Positions 47,517 to 57,798 of a stretch of 62,651 bases of DNA are shown here, in pieces. Positions within the stretch are counted from its first letter, which is position 1, and each line of letters opens with the position of its first letter. This DNA comes from Devosia sp. GTDB lineage: Bacteria; Pseudomonadota; Alphaproteobacteria; Rhizobiales; Devosiaceae. The notes beneath the pieces are model-generated. The model saw only the letters and a list, made by a program, of their open reading frames with translations, searched no databases and was not told the DNA's origin. The position numbers and the translations under genes were made by a program. The stretch is from NCBI GenBank assembly GCA_029256605.1, contig JAQSXP010000001.1, forward strand, positions 1-62,651, in the 5' to 3' direction.

Positions 47517-49010
47517 TCAGCGTCCGACCCAGCGGCTGAAACCGACATCACGCTCGGCCGCCATCATCACCATCTGCCGATAGAACGGCTCCAGCGCCGC
47601 TGCGCTCTCGCGTAGGGCAACCGCATCCTGTCGGAGTGTCGGCTCAAGGTCGCGCAGCGCGGCAAGCATTGCGGCCTCGTCGATGGTCGTCAGTTCGCCA
47701 TCACGCACCACAACCCGACCAGCCACCACGGTGTGGCGAACCGAGCTGCCGCTTTCGGAAAAGACCAGGGCGCGCCGGATATCATGGAGCGGGCGGAAGG
47801 TATCGGCTTTGCCATCGAGAATTGCAAAGTCGGCATGAGCGCCGACTTCGATGCGGCCCAGCGGGCGGTCGCGACGCATGACCCGGTTGCCGCCATCCCA
47901 GACGGCTTCCAGGATTTCCGCTCCGGTCGGCCAGGTTCGATAGTCGCTACCAGAGGCAGCGTGCACCACGGCAGCGGTCTTGATCGCGCCCCACAGATTG
48001 TGGCTGTCGTCGCTGACAGCCTCGTCGGTGCCCAGGCATATGGGGACACCTGCGTCCCGCAATTGCCGGAACGGCATTACGCCGCTGCCGAGCCTGAGAT
48101 TGCAGACCGGGTTATGGGCCACCACAGCTCCAGAGCGCGCGAGTGTCGCAATATCAGCCTCATCCACCCAGATGGCGTGGATCACCTGCATCTGCTCATC
48201 GAGGATGCCGAGACTGTCAGCATATTGGATAAGGGATTGTCCGTATTTCTCTTCGCCAAGGACGCGCTGAACCTTCGTTTCAAGCATATGGCAGAAATAG
48301 GGGAGATCATGGCGCACGGCGAGACCATGAAGGGCTTGCAAATATGCCGGAGTCGCGCGCTGCGGCGCCGAGCAGGACACCGCCGCGGCAAGGCGCCCAT
48401 CGGCGGCGCCATGCCAGCGCGAAATGAGGTGATCGTAATGCGCCAGCATCCCCTTAGCGGTTTCGCGTGGGGACGTGTCCATTCGCTCAATGACCTGCGT
48501 CGGCAGCAGGTCGCGCAGAAACGGATATTTCTCGTATTCCGGCACGATCGGCTGATCGAGCGCAACAGTGGCCCGAATGCCGATATCAGCATAAGCCTCG
48601 GCAATGGCGTCGATTGAGGATTGGCTGGTCAGCGGTACGAAAAAGGCATCATCCATCAGCGTGGTGATGCCCAGCTTCAGCATCTCGGCGGCGCCGATCT
48701 GAGTGCGCAGCCGAACCGTAGCCGGATCTTCTGCGCCGTCAGCCAGCGGGGGCACCTCATAGAGCATGAACACTTCGAGCGGCAGGTTCTCGAGCGTTCC
48801 GCGCATGAAATTGCCGGGCGAGTGGAGGTGAGCGTTGATCAGCCCGGGGATGACGATGTCGCCATCCAGGTCCAGCACATCCGCCGCGGCGGGGAGATCG
48901 TTGCCGATTGCGACGATCACTCCCTCGCGGACCAGAATGTCCGAACGTACCAGTGTGGCGTGGTGCGCCGAATGAAGGAGATTGCCGCCGCGGATCAGAA
49001 GGTCGGACAC
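47517..49010 (-). CDS. Metal-dependent amidohydrolase (deaminase/chlorohydrolase subtype)
   Basis: PGLINAHLH, HMLET, HAIW, HNPVCNLRLGSG, LGTD; GTG start. Confidence 0.88.
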   Translation of the reverse strand: MSDLLIRGGNLLHSAHHATLVRSDILVREGVIVAIGNDLPAAADVLDLDGDIVIPGLINAHLHSPGNFMRGTLENLPLEVFMLYEVPPLADGAEDPATVRLRTQIGAAEMLKLGITTLMDDAFFVPLTSQSSIDAIAEAYADIGIRATVALDQPIVPEYEKYPFLRDLLPTQVIERMDTSPRETAKGMLAHYDHLISRWHGAADGRLAAAVSCSAPQRATPAYLQALHGLAVRHDLPYFCHMLETKVQRVLGEEKYGQSLIQYADSLGILDEQMQVIHAIWVDEADIATLARSGAVVAHNPVCNLRLGSGVMPFRQLRDAGVPICLGTDEAVSDDSHNLWGAIKTAAVVHAASGSDYRTWPTGAEILEAVWDGGNRVMRRDRPLGRIEVGAHADFAILDGKADTFRPLHDIRRALVFSESGSSVRHTVVAGRVVVRDGELTTIDEAAMLAALRDLEPTLRQDAVALRESAAALEPFYRQMVMMAAERDVGFSRWVGR

Positions 49011-49029
49011 GATTGCCTCGCTGCGCTGG

Positions 49030-49689
49030 TCAGGTCGCCGGCACCCAGGGCTTGGTGCCTTCAAGGTCAGGGAAGCCGGAGTGCATGACGCAGCAATGCG
49101 CGTTCTTTGGGGTGTTGTCGTCCTGACCCTGGATTTTGACGATGTCCTGCGGGCAGGCCGAAAAAGCTACGATGCAGTCCATGTCGGCCCGGAAGATGAT
49201 GTACTCGCCCGGGCTTGTAACGGTGGGCAACGTGTCGAGGGCACCATCGGGAAGCACGGCGATGTTCATGAACACATTCAGCGACGCCAGGGTCGGATGA
49301 GGGATCTCGTAGCCGAGTTCGCGCACGGCTTCGATCATGTTGTCGAAGCAATTGCGATGATATTCGGCAACGTTGAGCCGCTCATAACGCTGACGGTCGC
49401 ATGCAGCCATGAAGCTGTCGTGAACCCCAGGAGAGGTGTCTTCGACAATGGTGATGATGGGATTGCGGTAGTTGGTAACCAGCGTGTCGCCGACACGCGG
49501 GTTGAGCCGCTGGTTCCAAACGCGTGTAGCTTCCATGGACATGAATTCGTCAAGGGCGTCGAGCTTCCACGCCCAGAAGTCCACCACCTGGGTGCCGTGC
49601 GTGTTGATTAGCTTGACCGCCTGGCCGGCACGCAGGACCAGCGCCTTGCCGTGACGGGCGGGAATGGTGATCAGATCGGAAGAGGACAC
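49030..49689 (-). CDS. DUF1989 / urea carboxylase-associated family protein
   Basis: GTQVVDFWA, HDSFMAACD, NCFDN, LNVFMN, SACPQD. Confidence 0.88.
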   Translation of the reverse strand: MSSSDLITIPARHGKALVLRAGQAVKLINTHGTQVVDFWAWKLDALDEFMSMEATRVWNQRLNPRVGDTLVTNYRNPIITIVEDTSPGVHDSFMAACDRQRYERLNVAEYHRNCFDNMIEAVRELGYEIPHPTLASLNVFMNIAVLPDGALDTLPTVTSPGEYIIFRADMDCIVAFSACPQDIVKIQGQDDNTPKNAHCCVMHSGFPDLEGTKPWVPAT

Positions 49690-49727
49690 GTTCGATAAAC
49701 CTTCAGTTCTAAAGAGTGAGCTGCCGC

Positions 49728-51083
49728 CTACTGGCGCGGCACGAAACGGGCGCCTGCCGGCTCGCCGACGGGACGGCCAGCTTCGGCGATCACCGCACCA
49801 CGGATCACCGTCTTGGCCACGGCGCCAACCACGGGCACACCCTCGAAAGGCGTCCAGCCCGTCTTGCCGATCAGGTTGTCAGCGGAAATCGTCCACGAGC
49901 GGCCGATATCGACGATGGTGAAATCGGCATCAGAACCGATCTCGATGGCCCCCTTCTTGGGATAAAGACCATAGAGCCTGGCGGGGGCTTCTGAGGTCAA
50001 CTCGGCCATTCGCTCGAGCCCCAATTCACCTGATGCGACCAGGTTGAGCATCAGGGGCACCATGGTTTCGTTGGCCGGCATGCCGGGCTGGCCCTCGAAG
50101 ATATTGTTGTGGCCGCGCCGCTTGAGGGCGGGGTCAACTGGACCGTGATCGGAGCCGACGGTCTGGATGGCGCCGCTGTTGATCAGGCTGCGCATGCCGG
50201 CCATCGCGTCAGCACCCCGCATCGGTGGCGAACACGTCACCCACGCCCCGCGCTCCTCGATATCCTTGTCAGTCAGATAGAGGTAATGCGGGCAGGTTTC
50301 GGCTGTTGCGTCCACACCACGGGCACGTGCGTCCGCGACCATCGCGACGCCGTTGGGCGAGGTCACGTGAACAATGTTGACTCGCGCGCCGGTGCGACCG
50401 GCATAGAACAGGATGCGGTTGATGGCCTCCAGCTCGACCGTCTCGTTGCGCCACTCGTTAAACGCGGCATTGTCGGTGCGTCCGTCGCGATCAATACGCG
50501 CCCGATTCGCAACCATCAGTTCGTTGTTCTCGGCGTGAAAGCCCGCGAGCCCACGAAAGCCTGCAATGGTTTCCAGCGCGGCCAGCAGGTCGGCATCATC
50601 GATCACGCCGTGCATGGCGCAGCCTGTGTCGCAGGTGAAGATCTTGAAGGCCACGGCCCCCGCCTCCCACATGGCTTCGAGATCGCCAAGGTTCGATGGC
50701 CGTACGCCGCCGTAGAGCGCAAAATCCACATAGGATGTCGCTTCACCCAGCGCCGCCTTTTGCCGGAACACTTCGACGTCGAGCACTTCCGGCGTGGTCA
50801 GCGGCATTTCGACAATGGTGGTGATGCCCCCTGCGACGGCAGACGCCGTACTGTCCCGGAAATCGGGGCCGGACATAAAGCCGGATTCCCAGAGGTGCGA
50901 ATGCGGGTCGATAACGCCAGGCATAACGTGCAGGCCAGTAGCGTCGATGACGGTGCTTTCCTGGTCTGGCGTCAGGTCGGTGCCGATTGCCGCAATCACG
51001 CCGTCTCGCACTAAAATGTCGGCGCGGAACGAGCGTGTGGGCGTTACAACGGTGCCACCGCGGACGAGGCTATTTCGATTCAT
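49728..51083 (-). CDS. Cyclic amidohydrolase (allantoinase/dihydroorotase/hydantoinase family)
   Basis: [48 protein letters not shown]. Confidence 0.9.
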   Translation of the reverse strand: MNRNSLVRGGTVVTPTRSFRADILVRDGVIAAIGTDLTPDQESTVIDATGLHVMPGVIDPHSHLWESGFMSGPDFRDSTASAVAGGITTIVEMPLTTPEVLDVEVFRQKAALGEATSYVDFALYGGVRPSNLGDLEAMWEAGAVAFKIFTCDTGCAMHGVIDDADLLAALETIAGFRGLAGFHAENNELMVANRARIDRDGRTDNAAFNEWRNETVELEAINRILFYAGRTGARVNIVHVTSPNGVAMVADARARGVDATAETCPHYLYLTDKDIEERGAWVTCSPPMRGADAMAGMRSLINSGAIQTVGSDHGPVDPALKRRGHNNIFEGQPGMPANETMVPLMLNLVASGELGLERMAELTSEAPARLYGLYPKKGAIEIGSDADFTIVDIGRSWTISADNLIGKTGWTPFEGVPVVGAVAKTVIRGAVIAEAGRPVGEPAGARFVPRQ

Positions 51084-51844
51084 CGATGAAGTACTTTCTT
51101 GAGGAACATCTTGGTCCGCTCGTGCGTCGGCGCGACAAAGATGCTGTCCGGAGGGCCCTGCTCTACAATGACGCCGCCGTCCATGAATACGACACTCTTG
51201 GCGACGTCGCGGGCAAAGCCCATCTCGTGGGTGACCACAATCATGGTCAGACCCTGGCTGGCCAGATCGCGCATGACCATCAGCACATCTTCCACAAGTT
51301 CGGGATCCAGTGCGGACGTAGCCTCGTCAAACAGCATGACCTTGGGCTGCATGACCAGCGCGCGGGCAATGGCCACTCGCTGCTGCTGGCCACCGCTCAA
51401 CTGGCTCGGATAGCTATCCAGCTTGTTGCCGAGGCCAACACGTTCCAGCATGGCCTTAGCCTGTTCCCGCGCTTCGTCCGGGCGCAGGTGACGGACAGAG
51501 ATCAGCCCTTCCATGACGTTCTGCACGGCCGAGCGATGAGGAAACAGATTGAAGCGTTGAAATACCATTCCAACCTGAGAACGCAGGACATTGAGACGCC
51601 TTTCCCGCTGCCAGCGAGTCCTGTCGGCGGAGGAAGTGAGCGGCTGGCCGTCGATCTCGACAGTACCCACGGTCGGCACTTCGAGGTGGTTGATGCAGCG
51701 CAGCAAGGTCGACTTTCCCGAGCCGCTCGGCCCGATGATGGCGACAGTCGAGCCCTTTTCGACATCGAGATCGATGCCGCGCAGGACTTCGTGGGTGCCG
51801 AAATGCTTCCCGAGCCCTTCGATGCGGACCATTGGATCAGCCAT
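51080..51844 (-). CDS. Polar amino acid ABC ATP-binding protein
   Basis: [27 protein letters not shown]. Confidence 0.94.
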   Translation of the reverse strand: MADPMVRIEGLGKHFGTHEVLRGIDLDVEKGSTVAIIGPSGSGKSTLLRCINHLEVPTVGTVEIDGQPLTSSADRTRWQRERRLNVLRSQVGMVFQRFNLFPHRSAVQNVMEGLISVRHLRPDEAREQAKAMLERVGLGNKLDSYPSQLSGGQQQRVAIARALVMQPKVMLFDEATSALDPELVEDVLMVMRDLASQGLTMIVVTHEMGFARDVAKSVVFMDGGVIVEQGPPDSIFVAPTHERTKMFLKKVLHR

Positions 51845-52508
51845 GAGCGCCACCCTGCTTGTTGGTGAGATAGGACTCCAGCCAAAGGGCGCCCTGGGCA
51901 ATGGCCGCATTGAGCACGAAGTAGATCACGGCAATGGCGATATAGGCTTCAATGGGTTTGAATGTGACGCCGACAACCACCTGGGCGACGCGGGTCAGTT
52001 CCATCACCGAGATGGTGGAGAGGAGCGAGGTACCCTTGACCAGGTTGGTGAACTCGCCGGCCGCCGCCGGAATGACTCGCAGCCCAGCCTGAGGCAGGAT
52101 GATGCGGCGCATGGCGCTCCAGTGGCTCATGCCCACGGAGCGCGCTGCTTCGGTTTGACCCCGATCGATGCTGACGATACCGCCGCGGAAAATTTCGGCA
52201 AGGTAGCCGCCGCTGTTGATCGCAAGCGCGATGACTGCAGCAACTGGCGCCGACAGGTTGATGCCAACGGAAGGCAGGCCGAAATAGACGAAGAAGATCT
52301 GGACGAGCGCAGGCGTTCCGCGCACGAAATCAATGTATAGCCGCGCCAGCCAGCGCAGCGGTGGAATGAAAGAAAGGCGGGCCAGTGCAACCAGCAGGCC
52401 TATGGTAACCGCCAACGACAGCGATGTGATCGAATAGAAGACGGTAGCCTGAGTTCCATTCCAGAACTCAGGCCAACGGCTCAGGATCGCACTAAAATCC
52501 AAACCCAA
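51837..52508 (-). CDS. Polar amino acid ABC permease
   Basis: [21 protein letters not shown]. Confidence 0.93.
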   Translation of the reverse strand: MGLDFSAILSRWPEFWNGTQATVFYSITSLSLAVTIGLLVALARLSFIPPLRWLARLYIDFVRGTPALVQIFFVYFGLPSVGINLSAPVAAVIALAINSGGYLAEIFRGGIVSIDRGQTEAARSVGMSHWSAMRRIILPQAGLRVIPAAAGEFTNLVKGTSLLSTISVMELTRVAQVVVGVTFKPIEAYIAIAVIYFVLNAAIAQGALWLESYLTNKQGGAHG

Positions 52509-52518
52509 CTGACTATCC

Positions 52519-53367
52519 TTATTCCGTCGGGAGGTCCATGGCGTAGCCGAACCACTTCTCCTGGAGAGCGGAAAGCTCGCCCGATTCCTTCATCTCGGCA
52601 ATGAAGGCATCGATCTCTGCCAGGAGATCCTGATCCTGCTGACGGACAGCGACGCCGACATAGTTGTAGATCGGCAGCTCTAGCGCGACTTCGAAGACGC
52701 CGGGATTGGCGTCGAACAACTGGCGATTGTTCAGCTGCGTCGAGGTCACGGCGTCGACATTGCCGTTGCGCAGGTCGAGATAGGCGCCCTGGAAGCTGTC
52801 GAACGACTTGAGTTCGATTTCCAGGCCGTGCTCGGCGATGAGTTCCTTTGCCTGAAATTCAGCGGCCGAGTTGAGCTGAGTTCCCAGCACCTTGCCGTCG
52901 AAGTCCTTGATGTCTTCATAGGTGTCATTCCCCGCAGAGACGATGAATTCCACCTTGTCACTGGCGTAAGGCATGGAGAACGCCACGGCCTCTTTGCGAG
53001 GCTCGGTGATAGTCATTGCCGACCAGATCATGTCGAACTTCTTGGTGTAGAGCGAGGGGATCACACCCGACCAGGCGGTATCGATGAACTCAGCCTTTAC
53101 ACCCAGCCGACTGGCAAACAGGTTGGTGATGTCGATGTCAAAGCCAACGATGTTGCCGTCATCAACATATTCGAAGGGCGGGTTCTGGGCTTCAATGCCG
53201 TTGACCAGCACACCCCGTTCACCGATCTCCGCCAGGAGACCGTCGCTGGGCGCGACGTATTGGGGCAGCGTCTCACCATTGAGTGTCGGGACAGCCTGAG
53301 CCGATACGGCAACCGAAGAGAGCAACAATGCTGTGATTGACAGCGCGGTGGTGTGGGTGAGGTGCAA
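52519..53367 (-). CDS. Polar amino acid ABC substrate-binding protein (family 3)
   Basis: PPFEY, GFDID, MTITEPR, KWFG; TTG start after GGAGGA. Confidence 0.92.
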   Translation of the reverse strand: MHLTHTTALSITALLLSSVAVSAQAVPTLNGETLPQYVAPSDGLLAEIGERGVLVNGIEAQNPPFEYVDDGNIVGFDIDITNLFASRLGVKAEFIDTAWSGVIPSLYTKKFDMIWSAMTITEPRKEAVAFSMPYASDKVEFIVSAGNDTYEDIKDFDGKVLGTQLNSAAEFQAKELIAEHGLEIELKSFDSFQGAYLDLRNGNVDAVTSTQLNNRQLFDANPGVFEVALELPIYNYVGVAVRQQDQDLLAEIDAFIAEMKESGELSALQEKWFGYAMDLPTE

Positions 53368-54192
53368 GGTTAGGTCCTCCAAATCGCGGCGTTTCGCCGG
53401 GGCAACTTCCGGGTTCGATCGTCATCGCATATGGCATTCTTTGCAAGCCAAAATTTCACTGCTTGCCGAAACGAAAGGAATCATAATTCAAATTTTTCAG
53501 CGCCACTCGACAGGCAGCGAGCGCACACGCCAAAAGCCAAGAAACTCGGCGGATTTGGTATAAGGCAACTTTTTTATGGTCCATAATCGCCAAGTTTCCG
53601 AAAGCAACAAAGCCAGATGTCGCCAAGCGGTGACAGACTTGACTCTCCGTGGAATCCAAAACCCTGCCTGCTGCTGGCCAAAGCAGTGCCCATGCTGTCC
53701 TCATCATGCGTCGCAGTTAGGCAGATTGCTATGCATCGTGCCCTTGGCGGGCGAGGTCGGCCGCAACAAGGCGTCTGGCCATGAGAGCCTTGCGTCCGGT
53801 CAACCAGCTCAGCTTGGGCAAAGGACGTTGTCACTGCTATTGTGCTTGCCGGTACACTGTAAACGGCCGTCGCGGTGTTGCGAAAACCTCATTGCCTACG
53901 AGGAAGCGTCTACCAACTCATCACCGCCACTCTGCACCGCACCGGCGGCGGCCCCTGTACCAAGGCGCTGGACAAGAGCGACCGGTCGAAGACGCTCGAA
54001 CAGCAACTGGCTGCGGACGCGCCGATAGTGCGCGACGCCCTCCATAGCCGCAATGTCGCAGTCAAATCTAAGACTTCGAAGTTGGCCTCTCAGTCTCTCC
54101 CGGTTGCTTTGCCATTCTGAGGGCGCCTGTGCGGTTAGCCTGCCAAGAGCAGCCGGTCCCATTGCGAGTGTAGGCAGTGGCCGAACTAGAAT

Positions 54193-54256
54193 ATCCGCTT
54201 TCCTCGGCCGGCAAACAGAAGCCGCTGGTCCGGTTACGGCCCCCAACTGGCATTCT
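54193..54256 (+). repeat. Junction repeat copy 6 (long form)
   Basis: TCCGCTTTC and TTACGGCCCC start 40 bp apart exactly as in copy 4; ends GGCATTC. Confidence 0.6.
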
Positions 54257-54296
54257 GGCTATGGAGTTATCTCACGTGCTTTCCTAAGCTGCGACG

Positions 54297-56138
54297 ATGG
54301 CTAGCTCTTCCCGACTGTCTGCTGCAATCGCACGTATCGAATCCGCGCTCACCCGCGCGGCACGTTCTCGCACAGTTCCAGACTACTATACTTTTCAGAC
54401 TTTCATGATGGAACATCTTGAACGCGAGCGCACTGAAACCGCGAAAAATGTTCACACGGCAATTGCGCCGTACGCGACCGCATCAATGATGCTGCTGTCC
54501 CGGTATCACCAACGGCTCGACAGTGGATCGCCAGGTCAAATGGATTTCCGCCGCTACAAGCTTCTTCGGAGTCTGCATGCCGACAATGGCCGGGGCGAGC
54601 AGGTGATTCAAGCACTCCTCCAAGGTACGCCGTCCGATGACCCCATGTTAGATGCCGACGATGCGTCGCCTGCGATGATCCGGATGCGCCTGATCGTAGA
54701 GATCCAAAATGGAAACTTTACAGATGCCTCCTACCTACTCGGCAAGCTCGACGACATGGATCACGACGTTGGCGAGCGCGCATATTTTCACGCGCTGGTC
54801 TCGTTTGCATCAGGTGGTTTCAAGCGAACAATTAAACACGCCGACAAGGTACCTGCCGAGGCAATTGATAGGCCTCGTGCCGCTTGGCTAGCGATTAAGG
54901 CAGCTGCGCAACTTAGCGACATCGTGACATTCGACCGCTTACTAGCCGAAATTTGTGATCGTCTAACGCCTTGTGCGTGGCTACATCTGATCGAGTTACT
55001 AGACCCGGGTGAGAATGGAACAGAGCTGTCCTCCCTCGAGGAACGGCTGCCGTCGAACCTTCGGATAAGTTCATCCGATCCCGCATATGAGGAATGGGCA
55101 ATACACCACACACACATGATGGGACGGGTCGAGGCGCGCGATCGTGAAATCGCCGAGGTGACCGCTGTGACGGGGGTAATGCCGACCGATGCCGAGATCG
55201 CTGCAGATCCGATCTACCGACGATACCTCGGCGTGTTCTTCGTCGATAAAATTTTGCGTGGATCTGATGAGACCTGGGGCCCGGCGCAATGGCTCCTACC
55301 CGTGATCGCCGAAGGCAATGTTGGCGCCTTCCGAACCGCAGTTGAAAGGTTGTCCGAGGCCGGAGACTATATGGGCGTTGTGACCCTTGCCAACCGCTTC
55401 CCCAGTAGCCGCAGCCTAAGGTGGCAACGTGACCTCGCAATTGTTACGATCGTGTATTCCGCTGCGGTTGCCACAAACAACAGTTTAGCCCGACGTCTTG
55501 AGCATCTTTTGTCAGATGAACAGCTCGCGCCAGTTGTGACAAGCGTGCGGCGCATGACAGTTGCCGCGCGCCTGACGCCGATGGGGCGGATTTCTTTCAT
55601 GGCATCGGCTACAGAACTCGACCGTGTTGAGGCCGCAGGCGACAATTGGCGCGATTGCGGCTTGATTTCGCTGGGGCTTTTTCGATCTCTTGAGGTCGAG
55701 CTAAACGCCCGGCTGGTTCGCCCATTGGCCGCTCAGCTCGACGTTTCGCAGCTTCTCCTCCAACTACCTGAAACTGCAGGTGCGCTTCGCAAAGTATTGC
55801 GCGAACTTCGGGACACGTCAGCAAAGGGGCACGGCATGATGCTTGGGCCGCTGCGCAACCTTCTTGTTTTGATGGGTAGCAAGAATGGTGATGCCCCCGA
55901 AATCGCAGTTGTACGCGACGCGGTTAGAACTGGGTTCTACGCTTTAGTGAGCGATGCAGGGCGGCGCGCATCGGCTTTCGATAGCATTTTGGAGATGATC
56001 AGCTCGACAGTGGTCGGTCGGTTCCGCAACCCGCCTGCCCATGGTCAATACCTTCGCCTTTCAGAGGCGGCCCCTGCGCTTAGCCATGTAGAGGACTCTC
56101 TGGATAAACTTGCACAGTGGCTGCCGGTCGTGCGCTAG
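54297..56138 (+). CDS. Helical-repeat (TPR-like) protein with C-terminal HEPN-like domain; putative defence effector
   Basis: All-alpha pattern; FRSLEVEL and RFRNPPAH (RxxxxH) near the C-terminus. Confidence 0.6.
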   Translation: MASSSRLSAAIARIESALTRAARSRTVPDYYTFQTFMMEHLERERTETAKNVHTAIAPYATASMMLLSRYHQRLDSGSPGQMDFRRYKLLRSLHADNGRGEQVIQALLQGTPSDDPMLDADDASPAMIRMRLIVEIQNGNFTDASYLLGKLDDMDHDVGERAYFHALVSFASGGFKRTIKHADKVPAEAIDRPRAAWLAIKAAAQLSDIVTFDRLLAEICDRLTPCAWLHLIELLDPGENGTELSSLEERLPSNLRISSSDPAYEEWAIHHTHMMGRVEARDREIAEVTAVTGVMPTDAEIAADPIYRRYLGVFFVDKILRGSDETWGPAQWLLPVIAEGNVGAFRTAVERLSEAGDYMGVVTLANRFPSSRSLRWQRDLAIVTIVYSAAVATNNSLARRLEHLLSDEQLAPVVTSVRRMTVAARLTPMGRISFMASATELDRVEAAGDNWRDCGLISLGLFRSLEVELNARLVRPLAAQLDVSQLLLQLPETAGALRKVLRELRDTSAKGHGMMLGPLRNLLVLMGSKNGDAPEIAVVRDAVRTGFYALVSDAGRRASAFDSILEMISSTVVGRFRNPPAHGQYLRLSEAAPALSHVEDSLDKLAQWLPVVR

Positions 56139-56246
56139 GCCGGCTGATAAAAAGGACGGGTGACGACCAGAACGAGCGTTGTCCTCTCATGCGCTGCGGA
56201 TTGGTCAGACCGTCTCAACCAGCCACTCGGGCGCCACGCTGTGAGC

Positions 56247-56390
56247 GTCTGCTGCGAGGCTAGAAACAAAAAGCAGTACTTCCGCTTCCCGCCCGTCTTT
56301 GGTAATTGGACGCCGCTATCCAAATGTTCGATGTCCTCAATGCCCTTGCCCAAAAGCAGTCAGGCAGCTGACGGCCCCGAAAGCGACGTC
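56247..56390 (+). repeat. Junction repeat copies 7-8
   Basis: 56353-56378 matches 18272-18297 at 21/26; weaker copy at 56247-56294. Confidence 0.55.
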
Positions 56391-56654
56391 GAATGCGCCA
56401 GGAGACACAAAGTGGCTGCGAGCCTTATGCGGGTACCGGTATGTTGGGTGCCGGCACCATGATTAGGAACTACTTCATACACTTGCCCGGACTGGCGCCC
56501 GCCTTCGGCTAAAATAGCGTCCAAATTCCATTCAGCTGCGGAAAAAGCGCACTGATGCCGCCCCCCATCGAGCCTATGCTCAGTGAGGACCCGCTCAACC
56601 AGACTTTGTATTGCGAAGAGCAAAGCAATCAGAGGAACCCTCGGTAGCCTTCGC

Positions 56655-56765
56655 GGGGGAGGGGGGGGCTAAAGGGGGGCACTCTGGCCCTGCCCCATGG
56701 CTATTGGTTTCCTTTGTTCTCACATGTAGTTCGAGAAGGTCCCCCTTGCTCCCCCATGTCCCCCT
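56655..56765. other. Putative satellite replication origin (inverted G/C-run iterons)
   Basis: Three G-runs (56655-56679) facing three TCCCCC units (56740-56765) across a T-rich spacer, downstream of the primase. Confidence 0.5.
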
Positions 56766-56824
56766 TTTTAGCTGTCGGACCTTACGAGTGAGTAGCGATG
56801 GCCGTTCTTCTTATCTTCATGGAG

Positions 56825-57688
56825 TTAGGTCACACGATCGGTTTGTACGCTCCCAAAGCTTTCCCAGCGGGCCGTGTTCTGCTCCCAAGCCTCCGTCCCG
56901 TACTGGAGATCGTCGGCGCACCAGGACAGCCACTCTTCCAGACCATCGCCGTTGGTGGCTTCGTGGCAGGCCATGGCCAGGTTGAGCCACTCGTCGTGGT
57001 GGCGCCCTCCTTGTCCAAAGTCCTCGGGATTAAGCGCTGCAAGCAGCTGTTCCAATTGAGAACAGGACAGCTCGCCCCCACCGACAGCTTGCCGCGACAG
57101 CGGAGGCTTTCGGAGCAGCTCAAGCAATCCGGCTGGGCAAGGCGGCAGACCCCTTCGCCAGACCTCCAGCGTCTGAGAGGGATCAATGGTGTACATGCCG
57201 CCTGTATCGGGGTGCGTTGAGCCCGGCCCGACCACGTAGCGGCCTAGTCCTTGGAAATCTAGCCCAGGATAGTTCCTAAGCTTGTTTCGCAGGGGAACGC
57301 CGCGCGGAACGCTCATGTAAAGGTGGAACCCACCATCATCGCGGCCCGTCAGGACCTTCGGGTACGCATCAAGCTGGTCATCAACGTCCCACTTCAGCAT
57401 CTCCAGAGAGAACAACCCCCGGTGGCGAGCGTCAACGTCAACAAAGAGGTTCCCAGGGCGGGCCCGAACGCCAACGTTGCCACCCCGATTGAGGTAATCG
57501 TTCCAGTCAAGACTGGAATAATCTTGAAGACGCCAGCCTCTATCGCGAGGGATTTTGGCTGCAGCTTTCAACGGGAAGAGGTCCAAACCGGCAGATTGGA
57601 GGAGTTTCACCTCTTCGAGAGACTTACAGAGACCAACCTTGCCCGGGTTCAGATTTATACTTGTGGCTTCTGAGGAGTGAAGGGTCAT
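56825..57688 (-). pseudogene. Bifunctional primase/polymerase (Prim-Pol + PriCT-2), apparently truncated before any helicase
   Basis: KIP, NVGV, VDVD, TGR.GGFHLY, YVVGPGSTHP; PriCT-2 WLNLAMACH...WLSW...RWESF; stop right after RVT. Confidence 0.75.
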
Positions 57689-57798
57689 TTGATTTCTCCA
57701 GTTCTCGGGTGTGCTCGGCCGATTTTAGACACGGCCGAGCGCGTGTTTCGTGATCCACTCTTTCCTGCAGGTAGAGACGTCGATGCAGAGGGGTGAAG

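Noticed and set aside
53368-53700. Guanidine riboswitch or sigma54 promoter ahead of the DUF1989 operon
   Set aside because: No ykkC or mini-ykkC motif found; the TGGC/TTGC pairs lack GG-N10-GC spacing
18148-54192. TGGYCGAACTAGAAT at 18148 and 54178 (14/15 identical)
   Set aside because: Both lie near junction repeats but at different offsets; cannot be distinguished from coincidence
53574-54304. Several short ORFs between the SBP and the TPR-HEPN gene
   Set aside because: No recognisable motifs or RBS; probably degraded DNA
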